61,174 nt of DNA, filler included, from 5 parts of 5 records of this genome joined end to end with filler, not necessarily neighbours in it; one strand, 5' to 3'. Shown: positions 45,919-55,553, numbered from the whole stretch's first letter. The notes: generated by a model from the letters alone, not told the origin. Numbers and translations: made by a program.

Positions 45919-46773
45919 TCAATCTTTCATTGCTTCTGTCAAGACCTGTTTAGCTCCTTTTTCATCAAGCTGCAGTACGTGACTAACCACAGCATCATAG
46001 AAGCCACTATACTCAGTTAAATCAGTACCCCAGAGTTTTTTATCTGTCATTACTGACTCTATCAGCTCTTCTGCACTTAAATCATTGTTTTTTAAATATA
46101 AATTCAGTACATATTCATCGTCTTTAATACTATAACGTTCTCCACCTCTTAGATTAAAGTATCCTTTATCATCTTTTTGCAGTCCTCTGTAAAAAGATAT
46201 ATACAGCGCAAACGATAATGTAATGTATGATGGCAACTCTCCTCGAGAATTATAATAATCTCTAAAGGATGGGTATACTCTTGCCAGCCATTTTGATGTA
46301 GAATTCAATGATATATCCAGCAATTTATGGTTAAGGAATGGGTTCTTGAACCTTTCAACTACGCTTTTAGCGAAATCATTCAATTCTTTTTTATCCAGAT
46401 TTATATTTGGAATAATTTCATCATAAATAAGTGACAGCATATATTCCCTGATTGCGTCATTGTGCATACACTGTTCAACTGTATCCATACCATATAAATA
46501 GCCGCCCATTACTGTTGAAGTGTGTGCGCCATTTAATATTCTGACTTTACGTTGCTTATATGGCTCAATATCCTTTGCAAGTACTATTTCAACATTGGAT
46601 TTTAGGGTTAATTCCTTCTTTACTTCATCAATTCTATCGCTGCCAATAGCCCAGAAACCAAATGGCTCACCGGTTACCATCAGCTCATCTTTATACCCCA
46701 TATCTTCCCAAAGCTTTTCTTCTTCTGCTTTTGGGTAGCCTGATACTATTCTGTCAACCAAAGTATTGCAGAA
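45919..46773 (-). CDS. uxaB: Tagaturonate reductase (altronate oxidoreductase), 5'-truncated
   Basis: FCNTLVDRIVSGYP, KVRILNGAHT, ERFKNPF, ISLNSTSKW. Upstream of uxaA. Confidence 0.92.
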   Translation of the reverse strand, partial: FCNTLVDRIVSGYPKAEEEKLWEDMGYKDELMVTGEPFGFWAIGSDRIDEVKKELTLKSNVEIVLAKDIEPYKQRKVRILNGAHTSTVMGGYLYGMDTVEQCMHNDAIREYMLSLIYDEIIPNINLDKKELNDFAKSVVERFKNPFLNHKLLDISLNSTSKWLARVYPSFRDYYNSRGELPSYITLSFALYISFYRGLQKDDKGYFNLRGGERYSIKDDEYVLNLYLKNNDLSAEELIESVMTDKKLWGTDLTEYSGFYDAVVSHVLQLDEKGAKQVLTEAMKD

Positions 46774-46873
46774 NNNNNNNNNNNNNNNNNNNNNNNNNNN
46801 NNNNNNNNNNNNNNNNNTTAATTAATTAANNNNNNNNNNNNNNNNNNNNNNNNNNNNNNNNNNNNNNNNNNNN
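46774..46873. other. Artificial contig spacer
   Basis: N-run, TTAATTAATTAA, N-run, 100 nt. Confidence 0.97.
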
Positions 46874-47002
46874 GCAAGGTTACGGCGGCCTTTTCCACCG
46901 TGCGGTTGGCCGGTTGGATTCCATGGTCAGAACTGCGCGGGCGTTAGGGCTTCGCTGGTTTGGCGGCGTCAAAATCTGCGCTCAGGCTTTTTCAACAACC
47001 TG
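46874..47002. mobile_element. Possible end of an IS or MITE-like element at the contig edge
   Basis: GC-rich non-coding stretch ending in TTTTTCAACAACCTG (reverse complement CAGGTTGTTGAAAAA, resembling IS terminal repeats), followed by an abrupt drop to AT-rich DNA. No transposase visible. Confidence 0.3.
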
Positions 47003-47220
47003 AGCTGACAAGTCCAAAATTACTTGGAATTAGGTTGCTTTGCTCGCCTGAAATGGACAGCTACGTTTACTATCACCATTAATTTACGTATTGAAATATA
47101 ATTTTGGCCAAATTCAACGTTCGAAATCAATTTTGCAGCCCTACACATATTTAATCATTAAAAGGATCACGTAATACAAATAAAAAAGGGATAATAATTG
47201 GTAAATTTTATAATTTGGAT

Positions 47221-47250
47221 GTCATAAGTAAAATAGTCATAAGTAAAATA
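47221..47250. repeat. 15-bp tandem repeat x2
   Basis: GTCATAAGTAAAATA at 47221-47235 and 47236-47250. Confidence 0.92.
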
Positions 47251-47261
47251 AAATGGATATC

Positions 47262-47310
47262 CTAAGATAGTCGCTAAGATAGTCGCTAAGATAGTCGACT
47301 AATCGACTAT
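47262..47310. repeat. 12-bp tandem repeat x3 ending in an inverted copy
   Basis: CTAAGATAGTCG x3 (47262-47297), then ACTAAT-CGACTAT, the complement of ATAGTCG. Confidence 0.92.
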
Positions 47311-47342
47311 TGGCATACGTTCTTTTCTATATGAGCACTCTG

Positions 47343-48128
47343 TTATATCTCCGGTAACAACGGGAGTGAATCGTCGCTTTCATCCAGCCTTATATCGTCG
47401 GCTCCGGTCAGATCGTATGGGTTTTCCAGGCCTTCCTGGATGTTGTCCAGGCTGACCAGAACAATTGAATACATTACGGCTACCGCGTATCCGGCAATGG
47501 AATTGTATTGTTCGGCCAGGTAGGCAAAATAAGGGCCGAACAATATCGGAAATGAATTAAGAAAAATAAAGCTGTATGCTCTCAAACTTATTGGAGTTCT
47601 ATAAGCCTGGATATTTTTCATTCGTTCGAACTCTATCATCATGGCCCGCACATATTGATTGGCCCGGCTGACCTCGTTCCCGGCCATGCCCGCCCGCCGA
47701 AGCTCTTCAATTGAATGTGAATACCCGGAAAATATCTTGAACACCCTTTTGAACATTTCCTTTTCCATTTCCGGAGGCGCGGTAAAGTAGCCGTTTAAGG
47801 CTTCTAGTAAATTACTATATAACCGCTGGGAACGACTAAAATGCTCAGCCTGTTTATCCTTGTCCGGGATCCAGTCCCTATGAGCGAAGCAGACAGCCAC
47901 GGCATGGGCTTTTAAGGAGGCAAAATATTTGAGAGCTTCCTCGCGCCGGCGGTAGGCGGCATTAATTGAAAAAACAATAGGGAAGACAATAGCAATGCCG
48001 ATCAAACCCGTGGGTATGTTAGCCGCCAATTGATACCGGCGACACAGATAAGTCGAGCCGACAGCCAGAGCAGTTACTATTATTGTGTGATAATCGATCA
48101 CCTTGATAAAATTCATTATCTTTTTCAT
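47343..48128 (-). CDS. Bestrophin-like membrane protein (putative ion channel)
   Basis: Two pairs of TM helices, FSINAAYRRREEA, and C-terminal IQEGLENPYD...DDIRLD matching the bacterial bestrophin pattern. Confidence 0.7.
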   Translation of the reverse strand: MKKIMNFIKVIDYHTIIVTALAVGSTYLCRRYQLAANIPTGLIGIAIVFPIVFSINAAYRRREEALKYFASLKAHAVAVCFAHRDWIPDKDKQAEHFSRSQRLYSNLLEALNGYFTAPPEMEKEMFKRVFKIFSGYSHSIEELRRAGMAGNEVSRANQYVRAMMIEFERMKNIQAYRTPISLRAYSFIFLNSFPILFGPYFAYLAEQYNSIAGYAVAVMYSIVLVSLDNIQEGLENPYDLTGADDIRLDESDDSLPLLPEI

Positions 48129-48473
48129 TAAATTACACCTTACGGAAACAGTATCCGATCATATACACAAAAACATCTTTGTCGGTCAAGGTCTCGCCCG
48201 CTTTCGTCGGTCCCTTCTGGACAAGCAAAATGGTCTGTGCTATAAAAGTTATAAGGGGCTGGGGCTCTACTATGTTACAAGGGAAATTCATAATTTAAAC
48301 CAAGGCGGCTGTCAAAGGCTGTTATCGCCATGTTTTAATTTTTTAAAAGCAACCTGGGCTCATGCGCTTTCTAATTTTAAATTCGGCGATATAAAAGTAC
48401 TATTTGATCCAGCTCCATAAGAATTACAGTGAACTTACATTGATATGTACTATATTTAATTTGGATTGCTGGA

Positions 48474-48656
48474 GTGCATTTCGTGGAAGAATATTGGATA
48501 AAAATCGTCTTTTTCATGATAGGACTGACCGCCGCCGTGGTTGTTGTCTTTTCCGAGAGAAAAAATAGTAAGCCCGGAAATTCCACCCGAAGAAGACCGG
48601 ATTCGGATGCGGATTCGAACACGTTCGCCCAGGACGATGATAATCCAGATCTTTAA
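48474..48656 (+). CDS. Small single-TM hypothetical protein
   Basis: Hydrophobic IVFFMIGLTAAVVVVF followed by a charged tail. Start codon uncertain. Confidence 0.4.
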   Translation: MHFVEEYWIKIVFFMIGLTAAVVVVFSERKNSKPGNSTRRRPDSDADSNTFAQDDDNPDL

Positions 48657-48739
48657 AGCAAACCCGAAATAGCGAAATATTGTTACGGATGTTTCATATT
48701 GAGATTTTTTCATTAACCGATGACAACATGCCTTCCTAC

Positions 48740-48768
48740 TTGACACCTTAAGGCTCCCCGCCTATAGT
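48740..48768 (+). promoter_or_regulatory. sigma70 promoter for the fabD-vor operon
   Basis: TTGACA (48740-48745), 17 bp, TATAGT (48763-48768). Confidence 0.65.
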
Positions 48769-48826
48769 TATTAATTCGTGTTTACCTTTTTAAGGCCCGC
48801 GTGAAAAGCGCCGCCGGAGGTACTGT

Positions 48827-49771
48827 TTGATGAGTAAAATATCATTTCTCTTTCCCGGGCAGGGTTCGCAGTTTGTCGGAATGGGCCATGACTTCACGGA
48901 GTCTTTCCCATGGGCCGGGGAAATATTCGCCATGGCTGAAGAAGCTTCCGGCAAACCTGTTTCAAAACTATGTTTCGAAGGCCCGCTGGAAGAACTAACC
49001 CGCACCGTCAATTTACAGCCTGCCATAACCGCGGTTAACCTGGTCTGCTGTAAAGCCCTGGTGGATAAGGGCGTAAAGCCCGATATAACGGCCGGCCACT
49101 CATTGGGTGAATATTCAGCCCTGGCCGCCGTCGGAGTGATCAGCATTCCGGACGCCTTTAAACTGGTCAATCTGCGCGGTGAATTGATGCAGAGGGATGC
49201 TGACCGCAGGCCTGGAGCGATGCAAGCGGTGATCGGCTTAAGCCGGGACGACGTCGAAGCGGTGGCCGAGTTGGCCCGGGACAAGGGCGTCGTCGTGGTT
49301 GCCAATCACAATACACCACAACAGCTTGTAATCACTGGCGAAAGCACAGCCGTAGCCGCGGCGGCCAAGTTCGTCAAGAGTAAAGGCGGAAAAGCCGTAC
49401 CGCTTCCTGTTTCAGGAGCCTGGCACAGCCCCTTGCTTGAAGAAGCAGCCGCCGATTTTGCAGTGCAAATTGAAAAAACCGAGTTTTTAACCCCTACCTG
49501 CGAAGTCGTCCTTAATGTAACCGGAAAAGGTGAAAAGGATCCTGATCGGATCAAGGCGGAAATGATACGCCAGATGACTTCTCCGGTCAGGTGGTGCGAT
49601 AGTGTCGAATTTATGTTGGAAAGCGGCGTGACCGATTTTATTGAGGTCGGCCCGAAAAAAGTTTTAGCCGGCCTGGTTAAAAAGACCATTCCCTCCGGGA
49701 GCGACGTCCGTCTGATGAACGTTCAGGATACGGCCGGGGTCGAAAAGGCGGCTGAAAAGATTGGGAGTTGA
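48827..49771 (+). CDS. fabD: Malonyl-CoA:ACP transacylase
   Basis: FPGQGSQ, GHSLGEY catalytic Ser, ANHN, VSGAWHS, SPVRW, EVGP. Confidence 0.93.
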   Translation: MMSKISFLFPGQGSQFVGMGHDFTESFPWAGEIFAMAEEASGKPVSKLCFEGPLEELTRTVNLQPAITAVNLVCCKALVDKGVKPDITAGHSLGEYSALAAVGVISIPDAFKLVNLRGELMQRDADRRPGAMQAVIGLSRDDVEAVAELARDKGVVVVANHNTPQQLVITGESTAVAAAAKFVKSKGGKAVPLPVSGAWHSPLLEEAAADFAVQIEKTEFLTPTCEVVLNVTGKGEKDPDRIKAEMIRQMTSPVRWCDSVEFMLESGVTDFIEVGPKKVLAGLVKKTIPSGSDVRLMNVQDTAGVEKAAEKIGS

Positions 49772-49775
49772 ACCG

Positions 49776-50003
49776 TTGAGCGCTCTTGCGAAAAAAGAAC
49801 AGCCTAAACTGGTTTTCAATGCAGAACGATGTAAGGGGTGCGGTTTGTGTGTGATGACCTGTCCGCGCAAACTGCTTGTAATTGGTGAACATATCAACAA
49901 CCAGGGCTATCCCGTGGCCGAACTGACCGATCCCGACAGATGCAATTCCTGCGTCTTGTGCGCCGAAATGTGTCCGGATGTGGTAATTGAAGTGTGGAAA
50001 TAA
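49776..50003 (+). CDS. 2x[4Fe-4S] ferredoxin (delta subunit of 2-oxoacid:ferredoxin oxidoreductase)
   Basis: CKGCGLCVMTCP and CNSCVLCAEMCP. TTG start after GGAG. Confidence 0.92.
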   Translation: MSALAKKEQPKLVFNAERCKGCGLCVMTCPRKLLVIGEHINNQGYPVAELTDPDRCNSCVLCAEMCPDVVIEVWK

Positions 50004-50005
50004 AG

Positions 50006-51076
50006 ATGGCAAAGAAAAAAACCAAAATGTTGCTGGTGAAAGGCAATGAAGCTGTTGCCATGGGGGCTATCGAGGCCGGTTGTCGATTTTATTTCGGATA
50101 CCCGATTACGCCTCAGAATGATATCCCTGAATTCATGTCCGCCCATATGCCCGAGGTCGGAGGTACATTTATCCAGGCTGAAAGCGAAATAGCATCTATT
50201 AATATGCTGCTTGGCGCATCCGCCACCGGCGCCCGGGCCATGACATCATCTTCATCCCCGGGCATTTCCCTCAAGCAGGAAGGCCTCAGTTACATGGCCG
50301 GAAGCGAGCTGCCGGGCGTTGTCGTCAATATGAGTCGAAGCGGCCCGGGCCTGGGCGGAATCCATCCTTCCCAGGGGGATTATTTTCAGGCGACCAAGGG
50401 CGGAGGCCACGGGGACTACAGGCTGATAGTCCTGGCCCCGGACAGCGTCCAGGAATGTTACGACCTGACCATGACCGCCTTTGACCTGGCCGATAAATAC
50501 CGCAACCCGGTCATGGTATTGGGCGACGCAATCCTCGGCAATATGAAGGAATCATTGGAGCCCACTCCATACAAACCCAAAAAGATTAAAAAGGATTGGG
50601 CCCTGACCGGCGCGGAAGACAGGGAGCCCCAGCTTATTAAAAGCCTTTATCTCAGCGACGGAGAGCTGACCAAACATAACTGGAAGCTGTTCAAAAAGTA
50701 TCAGCGCATGACCAAGGAAGTCCGTTGCCAGGAGCTTTTCCTCAAAGGCGCCAAACTTGTTGTCGTCGCCTTCGGATCCATGGCCAGGGTCCTCAAAACC
50801 GCTGTTACCATGGCCCGCCAGGATGGCTATAAAGTCGGCCTGATTCGACCGATCACCCTCTTCCCGTTTCCTACCGACGCAATTTACGAGGCGTCGACAA
50901 AATGTAAGAATTTCCTGACCATGGAACTCAATACGGGGCAAATGGTTGAAGACGTGAAACTGTCGGTCAAATCCGGAACAAATGTCAATTTTCATGGCGT
51001 GCCGCCGGGATACATTCCTTCTCCGGATGAGTTGCTGAAAATAATCAAGGATCAATACCCGGTTAAAAAAGGGTAA
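50006..51076 (+). CDS. vorB: 2-oxoacid:ferredoxin oxidoreductase alpha-type subunit (VorB-like, ketoisovalerate)
   Basis: GNEAVA, YPITPQ, QAESEIA, MTSSSSPGISLKQEG, RSGPGLGGI, KGGGHGDY. Confidence 0.8.
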   Translation: MAKKKTKMLLVKGNEAVAMGAIEAGCRFYFGYPITPQNDIPEFMSAHMPEVGGTFIQAESEIASINMLLGASATGARAMTSSSSPGISLKQEGLSYMAGSELPGVVVNMSRSGPGLGGIHPSQGDYFQATKGGGHGDYRLIVLAPDSVQECYDLTMTAFDLADKYRNPVMVLGDAILGNMKESLEPTPYKPKKIKKDWALTGAEDREPQLIKSLYLSDGELTKHNWKLFKKYQRMTKEVRCQELFLKGAKLVVVAFGSMARVLKTAVTMARQDGYKVGLIRPITLFPFPTDAIYEASTKCKNFLTMELNTGQMVEDVKLSVKSGTNVNFHGVPPGYIPSPDELLKIIKDQYPVKKG

Positions 51077-51130
51077 AGATAACTGGTCCGAACGGGAGGT
51101 CCGGCCAAGGGCTGCCCCAAAGGACAGAGG

Positions 51131-51880
51131 TTGAATATGAAACAGGTATTTAAAAGACCTAAGTCTTTAAAAGACGTGCCTTTCCATTTTTGTTCCGGTT
51201 GTCACCACGGCATCGTCCATCGTCTTGTCGGCGAAGCCCTGGATGAATTTAATGTGCAGGAAAAAACAATAGGCGTAGCCTCGGTCGGCTGCTCCGTTTT
51301 TCTGTATGATTACTTTGATGTGGATGTTGTAGAATCTCCCCATGGACGCGCCGCCGCGGTTTCCGCGGGCGTAAAACGCGCCCGGCCGGACAATTTTGTT
51401 TTTACTTACCAGGGAGACGGCGACCTGGCCGCCATCGGCACCGCCGAAATAATTCATTCCGCCAACCGGGGCGAAAACGTAACCGTTATTTTCGTCAACA
51501 ACACGGTTTTCGGCATGACCGGAGGGCAAATGGCCCCCACGACCTTGGCCGGCCAGAAAACGACGACTTCGCCTTTCGGCAGGGATTGCGAACAATGCGG
51601 GCACCCCATACGTATGGCCGAGCTTCTGGCCAACCTGGAAGGAACCGCATTTTCAGCAAGGGTGGCCGTGGATGACGTCAAGCACCTGATGCAAGCCAAA
51701 AAAGCCCTGCGCGCCGCTTTTGAAGCCCAGGTAAATGGAATCGGCCTCGGTTTTGTGGAATTCCTTTCCTCATGCCCGACCAACTGGAAGATGAATCCGG
51801 CCGATGCAAACGCCCGGATTAAAAACGAAATGATACCTTATTTTCCGCTTGGAACCTTCAAGGACGTGCGGGCCGCCTAG
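51131..51880 (+). CDS. 2-oxoacid:ferredoxin oxidoreductase TPP-binding beta-type subunit
   Basis: [26 protein letters not shown]...NN TPP motif, [15 protein letters not shown]. Confidence 0.9.
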   Translation: MNMKQVFKRPKSLKDVPFHFCSGCHHGIVHRLVGEALDEFNVQEKTIGVASVGCSVFLYDYFDVDVVESPHGRAAAVSAGVKRARPDNFVFTYQGDGDLAAIGTAEIIHSANRGENVTVIFVNNTVFGMTGGQMAPTTLAGQKTTTSPFGRDCEQCGHPIRMAELLANLEGTAFSARVAVDDVKHLMQAKKALRAAFEAQVNGIGLGFVEFLSSCPTNWKMNPADANARIKNEMIPYFPLGTFKDVRAA

Positions 51881-51896
51881 CCAAGGAGTTGTTATT

Positions 51897-52445
51897 TTGT
51901 ATTTCGATCTCATAATAGCCGGATTCGGAGGCCAGGGCGTCATGTTCATCGGCAATCTCCTGGCCCAAGCCGCAATGGATGACGGACACAAGTGCACTTA
52001 CATGCCGGTTTACGGCGTGGAAATGCGTGGAGGCACAGCCAACTGCACTGTCGTCGTCTCGGATGAAGAAATTGGCTCGCCCATTATTCAACACCCGGGC
52101 TCGTGCATTGTCATGAATAAACCTTCTCTGACCAAATTCGGACCAAGGGTTAAAAAAGACGGCCTGCTTCTGGTTAACGAATCCCTGATAAAAGCGTCGG
52201 AAGTTAAAATAAAGGGGCCTAAAGTTTTGATGGTTCCGGCCATGGAACTGGCCAGGGAAGCAGGCAACGACCGCTTGTCAAACATGGTCATACTGGGCAG
52301 CCTTATAGCCGGTTCAGGCGTGACATCCGTGGAATCGCTTGTCAGGGCCATGGAAGAGACTCTGCCGGAACGCGCACTGAAAATGCTGCCGGTTAATACC
52401 GCCGCCGTGGAAAAAGGCGCGGAATTCGCCAAAAACAATATGTAG
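51897..52445 (+). CDS. 2-oxoacid:ferredoxin oxidoreductase gamma subunit
   Basis: AGFGGQG, YGVEMRGG, NMVILG. TTG start at 51897 after AAGGAG. Confidence 0.9.
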   Translation: MYFDLIIAGFGGQGVMFIGNLLAQAAMDDGHKCTYMPVYGVEMRGGTANCTVVVSDEEIGSPIIQHPGSCIVMNKPSLTKFGPRVKKDGLLLVNESLIKASEVKIKGPKVLMVPAMELAREAGNDRLSNMVILGSLIAGSGVTSVESLVRAMEETLPERALKMLPVNTAAVEKGAEFAKNNM

Positions 52446-52723
52446 CATAAACTGCCCCGCAAAAAGCGGGGCGGCTCCAGGAAAGACTTAATCTGAAAGC
52501 ATAAAGCTTTTTATTATTTAACCCCCTCTGAGGATTTGAAAATCCTTCGGGTGAATTATTACTTCGAAAGGCCGGCTCATTTCCGCGCCGGCCGCCTGAC
52601 AGCTCGAGTCAAAACTGTGATGCAGCGTCGATAAATGGATGTCGATTCATTTTTCCGACGCCTTCCACCATAAATGCAAAGCCCTGTATCAATAGATGCG
52701 GGCGGGGATGATAAGGAGCTGCC

Positions 52724-53422
52724 ATGATTGAGGACAAAAAGAACGTGAATTACGAAGAATTTCTCGCCGGTGTAGACAGCATGAAAGATCAGTACAGGGA
52801 TGAGCAGTTCCTGGAAGGAATATCAAAAGCGCACCGCGATACGCCGGATGAATTGGAAGAACTGGGCACGGTCGGCGAACGGGTTCAAAGAATAAGGACT
52901 GAAAAAGGATTAACCCTGGCGGATGTGGCTTCGCGCACCGGCTTTGAAGAAGATTTCCTTAAAAGCATTGAAGAAGGCGACCAATCTCCACCCCTGGGAG
53001 TTCTAATCAAACTTGCCAAGGCCCTTGACATGAAAATGGGCTACTTCATTTCCGGAGGAGAAACGCGCTCATATACCGTGGTCCGGGAAAACGAACGGCA
53101 AAAAATCGCTCGCCGGGCAACCGTTGAGGACAATAAATACGGCTATACCTATCAGGCCCTGGCCCCCGGCAAGACCAACCGCCAAATGGAACCTTTCATG
53201 ATCACGCTGGAACCGTCGGAAGAAGAGGAAATTTCCACCCATGAAGGGCAGGAATTCATCTATGTGATGGAAGGTAAAATGGAAGCCATAATTGACCGCG
53301 AACGCATTATTCTGGGCCCCGGAGATTCCATTTATTATGATTCCAGCGCGCCCCACATGGTCAGGTGCGTGGATGGGCCTTGCACAAAAATTCTTGCCGT
53401 CCTGTACGCCTACGATAAATAA
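52724..53422 (+). CDS. XRE-family HTH plus cupin transcriptional regulator
   Basis: HTH (RTEKGLTLADVA...IEEG...PPLGVLIKLAKAL) and cupin (HEGQEFIYV...GDSIYYDSSAPH). Confidence 0.9.
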   Translation: MIEDKKNVNYEEFLAGVDSMKDQYRDEQFLEGISKAHRDTPDELEELGTVGERVQRIRTEKGLTLADVASRTGFEEDFLKSIEEGDQSPPLGVLIKLAKALDMKMGYFISGGETRSYTVVRENERQKIARRATVEDNKYGYTYQALAPGKTNRQMEPFMITLEPSEEEEISTHEGQEFIYVMEGKMEAIIDRERIILGPGDSIYYDSSAPHMVRCVDGPCTKILAVLYAYDK

Positions 53423-53555
53423 TCGGCCGGACCTGTTAATATCCCGCAGTAGTTGATCCGGCAGCGCAACTTCCCCAGCTCAAAGCAACACCTTTTATTT
53501 GGGCGTTCCCCGGCGAACGCCCTTTTTAATTCCCCAAAGCTTATTGCAGTGAAGT

Positions 53556-55316
53556 TCATTTTTCATCCAGTCCCGGCGCCGCAGCCGTTCTGTTCCTCCC
53601 TTCGCGCTTGGCCTGGTACAGCGCCTTATCCGCCCTTGTGATCAAACTCGTCCCATCTTCCAACGGATTCAGCATTGCCGCGCCCAGGGAAACAGTTGCT
53701 GAAAATTTCGCCTCCGAATGAGTCTCGAAAACAATGTCGCCAAACTGTTTCCGGATTCTCTCGGCAATCAATAAGGCCTGCTCGCGGACTGTTTCCGGAA
53801 GTATAATCGCAAACTCCTCACCGCCGTAACGACAGGGAATATCAATATCCCTTACAGAATCGACAATTATCCCCGCTAATCCTTCCAATACCTTGTCTCC
53901 CTCGAGGTGACCGTATACGTCGTTAATATCCTTAAATTTATCAATGTCCAGCATCAGCAGGGACAATGGCCTGTCCAGGGATTGCGCATGTTGAACTTCG
54001 CCCGCCAGCTTGCTGTGGAAATACCTGTTGTTGTAAAGACCTGTCAATCCGTCGGTTATACTGAGCTGCTGGTACCGCTTTTCACTCTCCTTTAAATCTT
54101 CTTTTTCCTGCTGCAAAACGCGGATCCGGTAGGCCAGTGCAAAAGAAAGGAGTATGGCCTGAATGGCCGAACTGATCGGAAGCGGCGCGGTCGTGAAAAT
54201 TGACCTGGGAATAAAAGTGCCGCCAAGGCTGAAAAGAAAAACGCCCAATAGAAACGAAGCCCAGGCCAATAGAAAAAACATGGCCGGACGATATCCTTTG
54301 ATCAGGCATCCGATACCTGTAATAATTCCGATTACCGGAATTACCAGGCCTATAAAATGACCGAAATGCCTTGCGGTATTATTCAGGCCGAGAAGTCCGA
54401 GGACAGCCAATATGACGGATAAAACCATCATAAGCAATATGGCTTTGTCCAGTATCGGCGTGTTTTCCCTGGTCGATAAAAATGTGCGCGTAAATACCGA
54501 CCCGGTATATCCCGATACGCCCAGCATCAACCAGATGCAAACCGTACCGGCGCCTGGCGGTAAATCAAACAACCAGGCCGCCTGGCCGTTGACCAACAGT
54601 AAATAGGCCAGGGTTGCCGTAATAAATAGAACGTAATAAAAGTAGGCTTTGTCTCTTAGTGAAAGAAAAACAAAGAAATTGTACAAAATTATGCCTACAA
54701 GGCTGCCGTATATGGCGCCGAACCCGAATGACTCCACAGTGGATTTTTGATGGAATTTATCCCGAGACCAAAGCTTTATACCAATGCCCAAAGCTGTATA
54801 ACTTTCCAAACGAAGGTAATATGTATGGGTCTTGTTGTAAACCGGCGTCCGGAAAGCATAACTCCTATGACGGAACGGTTTGTTTTCAACCGGCCTCAGG
54901 TCGCCGGTTTCTATTGCCCTGTATCCATTTAAAGCATTTACATCTGGAAGATATAGGTCGATCTTGTCGATATTCGGTTTTGCGGGCTCGAGTATCCATA
55001 TCCCTGGACCGGCCCCGCTTGGCCTGCTGGAATCCTTTAATTTGAATCTTATCCAGACGGCCGCGCGAGTATGGCCCGCCTGTATTGCGTCGCCTTCATT
55101 TTTTTTAAACTTGTTTGCATATTCCGCGGAAAGAATGTCGTTTATGGTCAAGCCTTTTGTTGGATCGAATAAAATTTCACAGTTGCAGGATAAACAGGCC
55201 TCACTGCGATCCGGATGCAGATCAAGAACAATACTGTTCGAATCCGCCGCAGCGCCGGATGCTATAAGAAGCACCGAAAAAAATACCAATAAAAGAAATC
55301 TGATTGCGCTTACCAT
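53556..55316 (-). CDS. 7TM-DISM diguanylate cyclase
   Basis: Signal peptide, DISMED2-like periplasmic domain, about 7 TM helices, DGLTGLYN, DIDKFKDINDVYGH, RxxD I-site (RDID), RYGGEEF. Confidence 0.93.
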   Translation of the reverse strand: MVSAIRFLLLVFFSVLLIASGAAADSNSIVLDLHPDRSEACLSCNCEILFDPTKGLTINDILSAEYANKFKKNEGDAIQAGHTRAAVWIRFKLKDSSRPSGAGPGIWILEPAKPNIDKIDLYLPDVNALNGYRAIETGDLRPVENKPFRHRSYAFRTPVYNKTHTYYLRLESYTALGIGIKLWSRDKFHQKSTVESFGFGAIYGSLVGIILYNFFVFLSLRDKAYFYYVLFITATLAYLLLVNGQAAWLFDLPPGAGTVCIWLMLGVSGYTGSVFTRTFLSTRENTPILDKAILLMMVLSVILAVLGLLGLNNTARHFGHFIGLVIPVIGIITGIGCLIKGYRPAMFFLLAWASFLLGVFLFSLGGTFIPRSIFTTAPLPISSAIQAILLSFALAYRIRVLQQEKEDLKESEKRYQQLSITDGLTGLYNNRYFHSKLAGEVQHAQSLDRPLSLLMLDIDKFKDINDVYGHLEGDKVLEGLAGIIVDSVRDIDIPCRYGGEEFAIILPETVREQALLIAERIRKQFGDIVFETHSEAKFSATVSLGAAMLNPLEDGTSLITRADKALYQAKREGRNRTAAAPGLDEK

Positions 55317-55453
55317 GCCCTGTTTTAAATATCTTTGGAATAACAGATAATTGCCGATCCGTATGGTCTTCTAGAGCTTTATCCACATTTTTATAGTGAT
55401 TCTAATAATATTTTCCTATTGTTCAGGGCCTAAGAAGGGCACGGCGCGCCGTG

Positions 55454-55553
55454 NNNNNNNNNNNNNNNNNNNNNNNNNNNNNNNNNNNNNNNNNNNNTTA
55501 ATTAATTAANNNNNNNNNNNNNNNNNNNNNNNNNNNNNNNNNNNNNNNNNNNN
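55454..55553. other. Artificial contig spacer
   Basis: N-run, TTAATTAATTAA, N-run, 100 nt. Confidence 0.97.

Noticed and set aside
47221-47310. Tandem repeats as a CRISPR array
   Set aside because: Units are 12-15 bp, directly abutting, with no spacers and no cas genes.
21733-55316. Functional link between the two 7TM-DISM sensors (kinase and diguanylate cyclase), or between the lipoate operon and the fabD-vor operon
   Set aside because: They are on separate contigs, and nothing in the window shows they come from the same genome.
48790-55350. Antisense ORFs over fabD, vor and the diguanylate cyclase
   Set aside because: They lie opposite clearly conserved genes, as expected from stop-codon scarcity in GC-richer DNA.
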